Virus record (IMG/VR): IMGVR_UViG_3300045539_000055
Coordinates: 176 to 64,175 of that record
Length of the DNA: 64,000 nt
Direction: 5' to 3' (one strand)
DNA from: a virus
Taxonomy: Duplodnaviria > Caudoviricetes
Below, in pieces: positions 1-8,195 of the stretch. Every line of letters begins with the position of its first letter. Within the stretch, counting starts at the first letter, position 1. Made by a program: the position numbers and the translations under genes. The notes beneath the pieces were generated by a model. It saw only the letters and a list, made by a program, of their open reading frames with translations. It did no database searches and was not told the origin of the DNA.

Positions 1-1270
1 TTCTACCTGCAAGATACTTACCACTAAAATTAGAAGAAGCAAATTCTATAGCTCCTAATATTTGCCCTGCTGATGTAGGTTCTGTACTATTACTTAATTG
101 TATAGTAGCACCTGCCAAATCAGCTATTGCTAAATTAGGAACTGCTCCTCCAAGAATAGTTGCAAGAAAATTAGTAGTTCCTATTCCTACACTGTTTCTA
201 AAATATCCTTTACCATCAAAATAACCACCCCATCCGTTCCCGGTTTGTGCATCGCCATATACAGCAAAGCCACCCGATGTGAGTACTCTTCCTGCTATTC
301 CGACAGGATTATTAAAAACGGTTTCTGTACTTGTATTATATCCAAACACAGCACAACGACTATCGTAAGAAATCGGACCGGCTAAAGATGCAACAGAGTG
401 TAATTTTGATGTTGGAACAGTTGTTCCTATGCCTACTTTACCTTCTTGGTCAATTCGCATACGTTCAGTAGGAGAGCCACCGGTTTGCTGCGGAGCAGTC
501 ATAAACTTTAATATTCCACCACCTCCATTTCCTGAACTTGCAAAAGTTTGTGATACAGCTTCGATAGCTGCGGTAGCATAAGCAACCGATGCATCATCTT
601 TTCCTGAAAATTGTAATCTACCAAGTACAGAACCGGGTGCTATGTTTGTATCAAGATTTCTTAATTCCATAACACCGCCTGTAACATCTGCAACTACAAG
701 TTTTGGTGTAATACCAAAAGTAGGCGTACCGAAAGTATCTGTACCAACTAACACTTGAGTGTTTCCTACAATAAATATTGGAGAGTCAGAAACCGGAGAT
801 GTAGTTATTTTTCTAAATTCTAAGAAGTTACCACTATGGGAATCTTGACTATAAATTTTAACACCTACTGAAGAACCTGAGTCTGAAAACAAATCTGCAT
901 AATAACATACATTATCAAGAAGATGTGCTTGAACATTGACCCCACCAATAGAACCGGGGGTACTTGATGGGTTTTGACCATTTATTTGAATCAATAATGC
1001 ATCAGGAGAAAATGCAGGTTGTGTTTGATTTGGCAAATTGATTATTACAGGAGCCAATACACCTGTCGAAGTACCGTAGTCAAATGTTTTTGAACCGGTT
1101 ATTGTCTGTGCTCCAACAATTGTTACAAATTGATTTGTAGTTGTAGCAAGAGTGATGATGTCTGACAAAAGAAAATTCTTTGTCATTAACAAATCACTAA
1201 TATCTGTTCCAATAACATAGTCCGACAACTGCGGAGGTGTTGGTTGTGGGTATGTACTAATCTTTGCCAT
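1..1270 (-). CDS. Tail fibre / receptor-binding protein, 5' part (runs off window start)
   Basis: Not in the ORF track. ATG at 1270, MAKISTYPQPTPPQLSDYVIGTD...TKNF. N-terminus is paralogous to 60929..63748; contains ERMRIDQEGKVGIGT and VGIGT fibre repeats. Confidence 0.8.
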   Translation of the reverse strand, partial: MAKISTYPQPTPPQLSDYVIGTDISDLLMTKNFLLSDIITLATTTNQFVTIVGAQTITGSKTFDYGTSTGVLAPVIINLPNQTQPAFSPDALLIQINGQNPSSTPGSIGGVNVQAHLLDNVCYYADLFSDSGSSVGVKIYSQDSHSGNFLEFRKITTSPVSDSPIFIVGNTQVLVGTDTFGTPTFGITPKLVVADVTGGVMELRNLDTNIAPGSVLGRLQFSGKDDASVAYATAAIEAVSQTFASSGNGGGGILKFMTAPQQTGGSPTERMRIDQEGKVGIGTTVPTSKLHSVASLAGPISYDSRCAVFGYNTSTETVFNNPVGIAGRVLTSGGFAVYGDAQTGNGWGGYFDGKGYFRNSVGIGTTNFLATILGGAVPNLAIADLAGATIQLSNSTEPTSAGQILGAIEFASSNFSGKYLAGR

Positions 1271-1275
1271 TTCTT

Positions 1276-1512
1276 TTAGTCTGTTTTATGAGTTACTTCT
1301 CCGGTTTGAATGTTAATGATTGCATCTGCACCATACTTTTCAATTAATTCTTTTTCGTGTGCTGCAAATTCTACTTTTAATTCATCAATATGACGAATGA
1401 TTTGTTGCTTTTGTAATTCAACATCTCCAATTGCCATTTTTGCTTTGTTAAACTCAGAGTTTAATTCTTGAATTTTTGTTAATTCTTCTTGTGTTACTTG
1501 CTCGTTTGCCAT
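1276..1512 (-). CDS. Small coiled-coil protein next to fibre gene (possible fibre assembly chaperone)
   Basis: Heptad-rich 78 aa ending ELIEKYG...INIQTGE; has its own TATCTTTG promoter at 1546-1553. Confidence 0.55.
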   Translation of the reverse strand: MANEQVTQEELTKIQELNSEFNKAKMAIGDVELQKQQIIRHIDELKVEFAAHEKELIEKYGADAIINIQTGEVTHKTD

Positions 1513-1545
1513 TTTAATTTGATTTTTATTTGATTATTAATTATA

Positions 1546-1553
1546 CAAAGATA
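1546..1553 (-). promoter_or_regulatory. Bacteroidota -7 promoter box TATCTTTG
   Basis: CAAAGATA on +, intergenic, upstream of the minus-strand start at 1512. Confidence 0.6.
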
Positions 1554-1561
1554 TGAAAAAA

Positions 1562-1924
1562 TTACATTTCATTTCGTCTTAATACTCTTTCGAGTTTTCT
1601 TTCTATTTTTTTAGGGTTTGTAATAACCCTCGTTCTATCGGTTCCTTTATTTGTTTTCACATCAATTTGCATTGTACTCTTGCCATCTTTGTCTTTAATG
1701 ACATTATACTGCTTGAATTTTTGCTTACCATTTTCTTTGTCAGTTTGTTTTGTAAACTGAGTAGAACTTGAGCCATCCGAAGAATCTATAGTTACCTTTT
1801 CTTTGTTCAACGCAGAATACTTACCATTGCTTTGTTTTTCTTTTGATGTCATAACGCTTTTTACTCTATCGTAATTAGGGTCAGGCGTAGGTGCTAACGG
1901 AGTATCAGGTCTTTTAATTGCCAT
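1562..1924 (-). CDS. Small basic protein with N-terminal RPDTPLAPTPDP motif
   Basis: K/R-rich; motif shared with ORFs at 5763, 6212 and 6451. Confidence 0.7.
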   Translation of the reverse strand: MAIKRPDTPLAPTPDPNYDRVKSVMTSKEKQSNGKYSALNKEKVTIDSSDGSSSTQFTKQTDKENGKQKFKQYNVIKDKDGKSTMQIDVKTNKGTDRTRVITNPKKIERKLERVLRRNEM

Positions 1925-1929
1925 AATTT

Positions 1930-2397
1930 TTAAAATAAAGTTCGATTAATTCTTTTATAAGTATAGAACCCCAAAGCAATAAGCAACAGGATTAAAAGCC
2001 ACCAAAAATAAATTGTATAGTTTGCTTTCTTGTCAATGTCTTTTTTGAATGTTTTAACAGCAACAGCTTTTTTTACCTTGGCTTTAATTAAGACCTTTTC
2101 AGACACTTTTATTTTCGTGTTATCTACTAACACCTTTTTTGTTTTTTTATACCTGAGCTTTACGTTCTTGTACTTCTTGCCATCAACTTCAATAACTTTT
2201 GCAGTGTCAATTGGAGTTATCTCCAATTCATCAGTATCTGTTGTAATTTTAACATTGTTGTCCTGAGTAGCTACAGTTTCCTGTTTAGTTACAGAAGTAC
2301 TATCTGTCTTTACCACAGTATCGACCTTATCTACATTAACTTTTCTTGCAGCACAAGAAGTAAGTATTAAAAAACAAAGTATTAGTATCTTTTTCAT
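1930..2397 (-). CDS. Probable unimolecular spanin (lipoprotein with C-terminal TM)
   Basis: MKKILILCFLILTS|C lipobox, beta-rich middle, C-terminal TM YFWWLLILLLIALGFY; adjacent to endolysin and holin. Likely start 2397. Confidence 0.65.
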   Translation of the reverse strand: MKKILILCFLILTSCAARKVNVDKVDTVVKTDSTSVTKQETVATQDNNVKITTDTDELEITPIDTAKVIEVDGKKYKNVKLRYKKTKKVLVDNTKIKVSEKVLIKAKVKKAVAVKTFKKDIDKKANYTIYFWWLLILLLIALGFYTYKRINRTLF

Positions 2398-2669
2398 TAA
2401 CAGTTCCATTTTTTTAAAGCTAATGCTTTTCTTGTTGGTTCTCCATTTGGTTTTTTCATAGCACCCGGCATTCCTCCCATACGAGCACAGAATGACTTTC
2501 GTCTATTGGCATCTTTGCTTCCTGCCTTTAATTTAGATGGCTTTGTTGTTACAGCCATTTTTAATTTGCTTCCCGGATTAGCAGCTCTATAACTTGCCAC
2601 TCCTTTAGCATTTAATCCTCCTGATTCAGACTTTCCTTCTTTTCTTGTCCAAGCTGCTGTCTTTGCCAT
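2397..2669 (-). CDS. Conserved small basic phage protein
   Basis: AWTRKEGK...GGLNAKG...RRKSFCARM...WNC pattern, common in aquatic phages. Confidence 0.7.
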   Translation of the reverse strand: MAKTAAWTRKEGKSESGGLNAKGVASYRAANPGSKLKMAVTTKPSKLKAGSKDANRRKSFCARMGGMPGAMKKPNGEPTRKALALKKWNC

Positions 2670-2674
2670 TTTAA

Positions 2675-3178
2675 TTATATTTTTGGATAAGTAATTCCAT
2701 TATCAGTAATAATAATTCCTTTGTCAACTCTTGCTTTTAGAGTCTTCCAATCGAATCCATAATCGTATTGAAAATGTGGTGGGTCTATAAACTTTTTCCA
2801 ATCTGCTCCACATTCCCAACCTTTTGATTTAAAAAAATCAGTTACCTCTTTCCAATCAGCAATAGTGTCTTTGTCAAAATCTCTGATTTGAGAATAACTT
2901 GCTTCTTCAAAGGTTCCATTTCCATCATTATCATAAAGCAATACAATGTCAAATGCCAACCCATAATTATGAATTGACTGACCTCCTTTTGCATTAGTAA
3001 CTTTTGGTTTTTGATTATATAACTTGTCTTGAAGAGCATTGCTTCTAAAAACATAAGCAAATCTTAAACGAGCTCCTTTTCCTAATAGATTATTAGCTTC
3101 TCTATAGTCTTTAAGCATTTTATCCCTAAGTTTGGGATGTGCTTCTTTGATTCTATCGATTGTTATTTTATCCTCCAT
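2675..3178 (-). CDS. Endolysin, M15 family Zn peptidase (L-Ala-D-Glu type)
   Basis: RS..Q..LY, VTNAKGGQSIHNYGLAFD and DPPHFQ motifs. Confidence 0.9.
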   Translation of the reverse strand: MEDKITIDRIKEAHPKLRDKMLKDYREANNLLGKGARLRFAYVFRSNALQDKLYNQKPKVTNAKGGQSIHNYGLAFDIVLLYDNDGNGTFEEASYSQIRDFDKDTIADWKEVTDFFKSKGWECGADWKKFIDPPHFQYDYGFDWKTLKARVDKGIIITDNGITYPKI

Positions 3179-3609
3179 TACGTTATATGGTCAATATTGT
3201 TTTTAACATCTTTAGCTCTTGCAAATGCTTTCTTTAAAATTTTCCAAACATCAATATTGAATGTCTCTTCAACATTCTCTTTAATTGAAACTAATTCGAT
3301 AAAGATTAATACAATAGCACATATCTTCGTAAACATATACTGTATATTGAATGCTCTAATCACAAATTCATTTAAAAGATATTTGTCCATTGCAAAAAGA
3401 AACAATATACATACCTCGTACAAAAACATTTTTGAAATTATATTAGAAAGAGTTCTACTTCTAATACTTGAAAGACCTTTTAGTTTTATGCTTTTAAAAA
3501 CACCTGTTATGGTATCAAGCATTATTGCACAACCAACTGCAATTAAAAGCCCCTGTATAGGAACAAATAATAATATCAAAGATGACATTATATAGTTTAA
3601 ATATTTCAT
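3178..3609 (-). CDS. Holin
   Basis: Three hydrophobic segments, LDTITG and ELVSIKEN motifs; directly upstream of the endolysin. Confidence 0.8.
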   Translation of the reverse strand: MKYLNYIMSSLILLFVPIQGLLIAVGCAIMLDTITGVFKSIKLKGLSSIRSRTLSNIISKMFLYEVCILFLFAMDKYLLNEFVIRAFNIQYMFTKICAIVLIFIELVSIKENVEETFNIDVWKILKKAFARAKDVKNNIDHIT

Positions 3610-3743
3610 TATCTTCCCTGTCCTCTGTACGCTTTCACGTAATTCTTACTCGTTTTTAATGTGCTTGTTTTTGTCTTAGCAGCCACTCCCGACTTCTTAG
3701 GCTTAGGTTGATAAGCAGACTCTTGTTGTTTTACTTTTGCCAT
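3609..3743 (-). CDS. 44-aa basic peptide ending KNYVKAYRGQGR
   Basis: Manually translated, MAKVKQQ...YRGQGR; stop overlaps the holin start (TAATG). Confidence 0.7.
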   Translation of the reverse strand: MAKVKQQESAYQPKPKKSGVAAKTKTSTLKTSKNYVKAYRGQGR

Positions 3744-3744
3744 C

Positions 3745-4227
3745 TTACCAAAGAGCTATTACCAATGTTGCTGTTGATGGTTCTTCTAATTTAAGAACCT
3801 GAACAGGAAGAACGGTTCCGGCTGCAACTCCTGCAAAAGTTACAGAATCTCCACCTATCGTAGTTACCACTAAAGTTCCTGTTCCTCCAACATACAAGTA
3901 GCATCCTTGATTGCCTAATCCTGACATAGCAGATTGCTGATAAATTACAAAGGACCAATCTACAGCTATAGGGTTAGCAACTTGAGCTTCTGATTCGCTA
4001 ATAATTCCTGTAACTTGTGTTATACTGTTAAAATTTCCTCCATCATCATATACATAAATAACATCTCCCGGAGATACTCCATTAGTTATAAAATTTGAAC
4101 TTGGAGACACTAAAATAGAGCTTTCGTCTGTTTGAACACCTGTTGTTAAAACAAAAGGGTTTGGTATAGGGTACTGTGAAGGATATACCTGTAGTGCTCT
4201 TGAAAATGTTGTTTTGAATACTGACAT
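3745..4227 (-). CDS. Putative virion structural beta protein
   Basis: LYVGGTGTLVV...FAGVAAGTVLPVQV...TATLVIALW C-terminal module. Confidence 0.6.
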   Translation of the reverse strand: MSVFKTTFSRALQVYPSQYPIPNPFVLTTGVQTDESSILVSPSSNFITNGVSPGDVIYVYDDGGNFNSITQVTGIISESEAQVANPIAVDWSFVIYQQSAMSGLGNQGCYLYVGGTGTLVVTTIGGDSVTFAGVAAGTVLPVQVLKLEEPSTATLVIALW

Positions 4228-4232
4228 AATTT

Positions 4233-4415
4233 CTAATTTTTATTTATTTTATAAAATGTTTTATTAATCAATAGCTTCGGATTATTCATAGCAGCTTTTC
4301 TATCACTACACCCACAATCTTTTCCTGTTGCTTCCGCAATAGTCTCTACCACATACTTAATTCCTGTAGCGGCAGTTATCTTTTCAATTGTATCTCCGAA
4401 TCCTTGCGATTTCAT
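4233..4415 (-). CDS. Conserved small phage protein (GDTIEK...DCGC..RK)
   Basis: ORF track; recognisable CGC motif. Confidence 0.65.
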   Translation of the reverse strand: MKSQGFGDTIEKITAATGIKYVVETIAEATGKDCGCSDRKAAMNNPKLLINKTFYKINKN

Positions 4416-4427
4416 TTTGTAAAGATA

Positions 4428-4658
4428 TTAATTTTTTTTATTTTTTTGAACAGGCAGTTTGCTGACATTTCCTTTTAGGAATTTCATCTTTCCATCCAAT
4501 GATTTTTTTGACTCGTACTGCTTTGCTTTTTCAATTATCTTTTCTTGCTTTAGCATTTTTGGAGTTGGTTTTTTACCTGAGCCTTTTGCCGCTCTGATAT
4601 TATCATAAAGACCTCTCTGAGATACAGAACCATCTTTTCTTTTTATCATTTCTTTCAT
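4428..4658 (-). CDS. Small basic protein (GLYDNIRAAK motif)
   Basis: ATG at 4658 (or 4649); the track start at 4730 lies inside the structured RNA and is unlikely. Confidence 0.65.
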   Translation of the reverse strand: MKEMIKRKDGSVSQRGLYDNIRAAKGSGKKPTPKMLKQEKIIEKAKQYESKKSLDGKMKFLKGNVSKLPVQKNKKN

Positions 4659-4681
4659 CTCTAATAGTTTTAAAATATAAA

Positions 4682-4962
4682 AAACCAAGGTCCTAACAAA
4701 AAATCGGGCACGTTTCCGTGGAGCCCCCACTTATAATCTCTAACCTACCCATTAAGTGGGCGATACGGTTTGCTATTATTAAGATAGACAGTTGACTCTT
4801 GTCTAAAGATTTTGTCAGGGTAACTCATTCAAATCACTCAGGTCTTGCAACCTTACGCTACGGGGCGAACCCCATAGTGCCACTAAAGGTCATACAATGA
4901 TTACTTATGCTCATTGCCGACAATTAGTAATGTAATTTTAGCGAATTACTTTACCTTGGTTT
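4682..4962 (-). ncRNA. Candidate ~280-nt multibranched structured ncRNA, family not recognised
   Basis: 10-bp closing helix AAACCAAGGU/ACCUUGGUUU; hairpins CUAUGGGG-UUCG-CCCCGUAG, AGGUU-GCAA-GACCU, CACG-GAAA-CGUG; long-range CCUGACAAAA/UUUUGUUAGG. G-U pairs and tetraloops indicate the minus strand. Confidence 0.75.
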
Positions 4963-4970
4963 ATTTTTTA

Positions 4971-5129
4971 TTAAACAGGACTATGAAAGTCTCTACTTCC
5001 GTGTCCGGCAGGAGTTGCATCAGGTACAATCTCTGTGTCCGGGTTTAACGGAACTTCTTGTACTACTGTGTTCTCTACTGTAGTTTCAGGTGCTGTATCT
5101 TCAGTACCTGTAGTTTTAGCTTTTGCCAT
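4971..5129 (-). CDS. 52-aa acidic/Pro-Thr peptide
   Basis: Manually translated, MAKAKTTGTEDTAPE...NPDTEIVPDATPAGHGSRDFHSPV. Confidence 0.6.
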   Translation of the reverse strand: MAKAKTTGTEDTAPETTVENTVVQEVPLNPDTEIVPDATPAGHGSRDFHSPV

Positions 5130-5147
5130 CTCTACTTAATTTAATGA

Positions 5148-5321
5148 TTAACAATATGGGTTTTTACCACCCATTCCTTTTCCTGAGGCAGCTTTTGTAA
5201 CTTTACGAGTTACGCCATTACCATCAGCTTTGATTTTAAGCGGAGTATTATTTCCACTTGACATAGGCATCTGCATACGAGATGAACCCGGTAAATTCGG
5301 AGTGTCTTTTTCTTTAGCCAT
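5148..5321 (-). CDS. 57-aa basic peptide (MAKEKDTPNLPGSSRMQMPM...)
   Basis: Manually translated; N-terminus paralogous to the next ORF. Confidence 0.7.
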   Translation of the reverse strand: MAKEKDTPNLPGSSRMQMPMSSGNNTPLKIKADGNGVTRKVTKAASGKGMGGKNPYC

Positions 5322-5464
5322 TATTTCTTTTTAATATTTGTTTTTACATTACCTGTTTTTGCAGGTTTTTTTAATGCATTTTTAATAGCAGGTTTATCTG
5401 CTGCCATAGGCATCTTCATTCTTGACGATGCAGGTAATCCCGGTGTTGCTTTTGCTTTTGCCAT
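5321..5464 (-). CDS. 47-aa basic peptide (MAKAKATPGLPASSRMKMPM...)
   Basis: Manually translated; TAATG coupling to the downstream paralogue. Confidence 0.7.
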   Translation of the reverse strand: MAKAKATPGLPASSRMKMPMAADKPAIKNALKKPAKTGNVKTNIKKK

Positions 5465-5484
5465 TTTTTCTTAAATTTAGTTGT

Positions 5485-5760
5485 TTATGTTTCTTTTAAA
5501 TATTGAGTTCCCAAAGTGTTCTTTAAACTTGCCAATCCTTGAAGTTTGCCTGAACCGGTTTGAGTACGACCTCTTTCCTTTGAGGCTCTTCGTGCATCAT
5601 TAAGTTTCTTTTGACCTTCGTCAACCAATTTTTTTCTTGCATCTGCTCTTTTTTGAATATCAGCTAATGCAGTACCTACATCAGTAACTTTGGACTGAAC
5701 TGTTTCAGATGATTTTACCTTAGGTTTTTCTTCTTTTTTTGTAGTTTTATCTGTTGGCAT
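5485..5760 (-). CDS. Small basic hypothetical protein
   Basis: ORF track; in tight operon. Confidence 0.65.
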   Translation of the reverse strand: MPTDKTTKKEEKPKVKSSETVQSKVTDVGTALADIQKRADARKKLVDEGQKKLNDARRASKERGRTQTGSGKLQGLASLKNTLGTQYLKET

Positions 5761-5762
5761 AA

Positions 5763-6206
5763 CTATGAATTTTTTGCTTTTCCCTGTTTTACTAATGCTT
5801 TCTTTTCAGCATCAGTCAAAACTTTTTTACTGCCTGATGTTATATTATAGTAGTTTGCATTTTTGTTTCTACGGTCCATTGTATTAGTACTATCTTTTAC
5901 AAAAGAAGTTCTCAAATCCTCTCTACTTTTTTTAGAACCTGAAATAGAAGTTTTGGTAGTCTTTCCTCCTCCATCTACTATAGAAGCATTACTTCTTTTA
6001 TCAGAAGCAGGAATGAATTTTTTCTCGTATGGTTTAGCTTTAGCTACACCATCTTTTACATCCAATCCTGATGGAGTTTTACCTGATTTCTCATTTACAT
6101 CTTGAACTTTTTTTACTTTATTATATCTTGGTGTTAAAGAAAAAGGAGTTTCAGGAGTACTTGCTAACGGAGTATCGGGTCTATTTATTTTTTTAGGGTC
6201 CGGCAT
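5763..6206 (-). CDS. Basic protein with RPDTPLASTPE motif
   Basis: ORF track; shared motif near the N-terminus. Confidence 0.7.
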   Translation of the reverse strand: MPDPKKINRPDTPLASTPETPFSLTPRYNKVKKVQDVNEKSGKTPSGLDVKDGVAKAKPYEKKFIPASDKRSNASIVDGGGKTTKTSISGSKKSREDLRTSFVKDSTNTMDRRNKNANYYNITSGSKKVLTDAEKKALVKQGKAKNS

Positions 6207-6211
6207 AATTT

Positions 6212-6448
6212 CTATTGTTTTGTGTTAGGAATTTCAGGAGCCGGAGCCGGAGCATTTTGAGCCATCTTCATTTGACCTAACATACTAACTTGCTCTATAG
6301 CAGTATTAGCTGTTTGTTCATATTTACTTGCAACTCTTTGCTGAGGCATTCCACCCATTTGCGGTGCAGACTGTAATCCTGAACTAACAGGTTGTGGTTC
6401 CGGTGTAGCCGCTAACGGAGTATCAGGTCTTTGTGCTTGCTGTTTCAT
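6212..6448 (-). CDS. Disordered Pro/Gln protein with RPDTPLAATPEP motif
   Basis: ORF track; shared motif. Confidence 0.7.
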   Translation of the reverse strand: MKQQAQRPDTPLAATPEPQPVSSGLQSAPQMGGMPQQRVASKYEQTANTAIEQVSMLGQMKMAQNAPAPAPEIPNTKQ

Positions 6449-6450
6449 AA

Positions 6451-6753
6451 TTATCTTCTACTAAATAATGGTTCAGGAGTTGGAGCTAATGGAATGTCTC
6501 TGCTTGTAATTTTTTTAACAGCATCTTTTTTTGCACGAGGATTTTCTTCTCCTCTATCGTATAGTCGAGCTACACCTCTTGCGATGTCTCTTCCACCTGT
6601 TCTTTTTTCTTCAGCATTAGCTGCTATTTCTGCTCCTCTCTCTGTACGAGATGCTCTTTTATCCATTCTCTCAGCAACTCTTTCTGCTCTTTCAGGATTC
6701 TTTTCGGATATTCTTCCAAGTCTTTTGTACTGTCCTTTTCTTAAATCAGGCAT
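6451..6753 (-). CDS. Arg-rich protein with C-terminal RDIPLAPTPEP motif
   Basis: ORF track; motif variant at the C-terminus. Confidence 0.7.
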   Translation of the reverse strand: MPDLRKGQYKRLGRISEKNPERAERVAERMDKRASRTERGAEIAANAEEKRTGGRDIARGVARLYDRGEENPRAKKDAVKKITSRDIPLAPTPEPLFSRR

Positions 6754-6771
6754 AATTTCTATTTTTTAAAG

Positions 6772-6990
6772 TTAGTCTAATAAATTTGTGAAGAACCCTT
6801 TTTCAGTAAGGTCCTCAGGATTTCTTTTTGCTCTTTCTTTAGCTTTTGCAATCTCTGCATCTGTAAATAATAAACATCTCTCATCTCCTCCATCAGCATC
6901 CTCTACTTGAATAGCAATATAGCTATCAGCAGACCCGAATGTTCTGTTGGTATTATCAACGGGAATTAATCTTCCTTTAACTACTTTCAT
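6772..6990 (-). CDS. Conserved hypothetical protein
   Basis: CLLFTDAEI..A.ERA.RNPEDL; first gene after the minus-strand promoter at 7022-7029. Confidence 0.7.
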   Translation of the reverse strand: MKVVKGRLIPVDNTNRTFGSADSYIAIQVEDADGGDERCLLFTDAEIAKAKERAKRNPEDLTEKGFFTNLLD

Positions 6991-7011
6991 TATTATTTGT
7001 ATTTTAATTAA

Positions 7012-7029
7012 TAACTTTGTACAAATGTA
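7012..7029. promoter_or_regulatory. Two oppositely oriented, abutting -7 boxes serving divergent genes
   Basis: TAACTTTG (+, 7012-7019) and TACATTTG (-, 7029-7022) within TAACTTTGTACAAATGTA. Confidence 0.55.
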
Positions 7030-7044
7030 ATAAAAAAAAATTAA

Positions 7045-7491
7045 ATGAAATCAAATCAAAATGATTACCTAAAATATTGGAGAGTAATTCGCCAATTCGT
7101 AAAGATAAAATATGAACTAACTCAGGCTGATTTAGATATGCTTCTGTTCTTATACTCAGAAAAATATTTTGACAGAGATAAGTTTGAAGAGTTTGACACC
7201 CTACTTGGTTGGGATAAACAAAGATTTGAAAGACTTAGAAAGGAAGGATGGATTCAAGTTTTCAGAAGTCCTATGACTCCGGGAGGAAGAAGAGCTATGT
7301 ATCAATTATCAATCAAGTCAACCCGAATGATTCAGTCGATATATAGAAAACTAAACGGGGAAGAAATCCCCGTTAGTGAAACTCACAATAAAATGTTTCA
7401 GAGAAACGTATCTTACTCAGATAAAGTTTATCGTGATATGATTACTGAAATGAACAAGATTATAAAACAACAACGACATCCCTCTCTGTGA
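7045..7491 (+). CDS. Putative winged-HTH (MarR-like) regulator
   Basis: LTQADLDMLLFLY...FERLRKEGWI...RRAMYQLSIK pattern; only plus-strand gene in this arm. Confidence 0.6.
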   Translation: MKSNQNDYLKYWRVIRQFVKIKYELTQADLDMLLFLYSEKYFDRDKFEEFDTLLGWDKQRFERLRKEGWIQVFRSPMTPGGRRAMYQLSIKSTRMIQSIYRKLNGEEIPVSETHNKMFQRNVSYSDKVYRDMITEMNKIIKQQRHPSL

Positions 7492-7717
7492 TAATCGTGT
7501 ACTGCTTGTCGTCAATTATCATTGTAAATCCGTGAGCCTTATCGTAGTAGATGTCGTCATCTTTCTTGATATGTGGAACATCTGTTCCCGCCTCAATTAC
7601 TAATCCACGTTTGTAACGCATCTGATTCATATCTTCTCCTGAGAGAAACAATCCTGATTCTGTTTTCAACTCTTCATCAATAGTCTTGATGACAATGTAT
7701 TTACCTATTGGTTTCAT
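7460..7717 (-). CDS. groES: Co-chaperonin GroES
   Basis: MKPIGKYIVI...KTESGLFL...GLVIEAG...IITERDVVVVL; likely start 7717. Confidence 0.9.
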   Translation of the reverse strand: MKPIGKYIVIKTIDEELKTESGLFLSGEDMNQMRYKRGLVIEAGTDVPHIKKDDDIYYDKAHGFTMIIDDKQYTIITERDVVVVL

Positions 7718-7722
7718 TTGAT

Positions 7723-7968
7723 TTAATTTATTAGTTTGATAAAAATAGGTGTTCGCTCCCCAACGTATGCACATTCAATATTGAACTCATAGAACTCAAT
7801 AGCTTCTTGCTCGTTCATATCCTGAGTCATCAGTATCTCGATAACCTTGTCAACAGAATACACAAGCCTTCCTTCGGACCATACTCCAATGATGGCATCA
7901 TCTAATCCATCTGCTTTTAAGAATCCCTCTTCCGGGTACTCGTCTAATATTTTGCTTAGTATGCTCAT
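7723..7968 (-). CDS. Conserved phage hypothetical protein
   Basis: ADGLDDAIIG...AIEFYEFNI..AYVGE.TPIF. Confidence 0.7.
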   Translation of the reverse strand: MSILSKILDEYPEEGFLKADGLDDAIIGVWSEGRLVYSVDKVIEILMTQDMNEQEAIEFYEFNIECAYVGERTPIFIKLIN

Positions 7969-8195
7969 AGTCCAAACTTTTTTATGTCTTCTATAAATTT
8001 TCTTTTATCCCCATCCTTAGGGTACAATGCTACATCTACATATCCGGTTCCCCTTCTATGATTCAATGCCTCAGTTCTGAAATCCTTAAACCTTGGACTT
8101 TCATCCAACAATCCTTGACACTCTTCTAAGTCTGCCATCCCGGATTGGTTTAAGCCATAAACTTCTATCGTAACGTAATCAATCCCTCTTATCAT
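7965..8195 (-). CDS. Hypothetical protein
   Basis: ORF track; overlapping operon packing. Confidence 0.55.
   Translation of the reverse strand: MIRGIDYVTIEVYGLNQSGMADLEECQGLLDESPRFKDFRTEALNHRRGTGYVDVALYPKDGDKRKFIEDIKKFGL

Noticed and set aside
4659-4730. N-terminal extension of ORF 4428..4730
   Set aside because: The GTG start lies inside the structured RNA; ATG 4658 has a normal A-rich leader.
4682-4962. tRNA, tmRNA, RNase P or self-splicing intron identity for the structured RNA
   Set aside because: No T-loop/CCA, tag ORF, GAGGAAAGUCC, P7 core or domain V recognised; the flanking ORFs are complete rather than interrupted.
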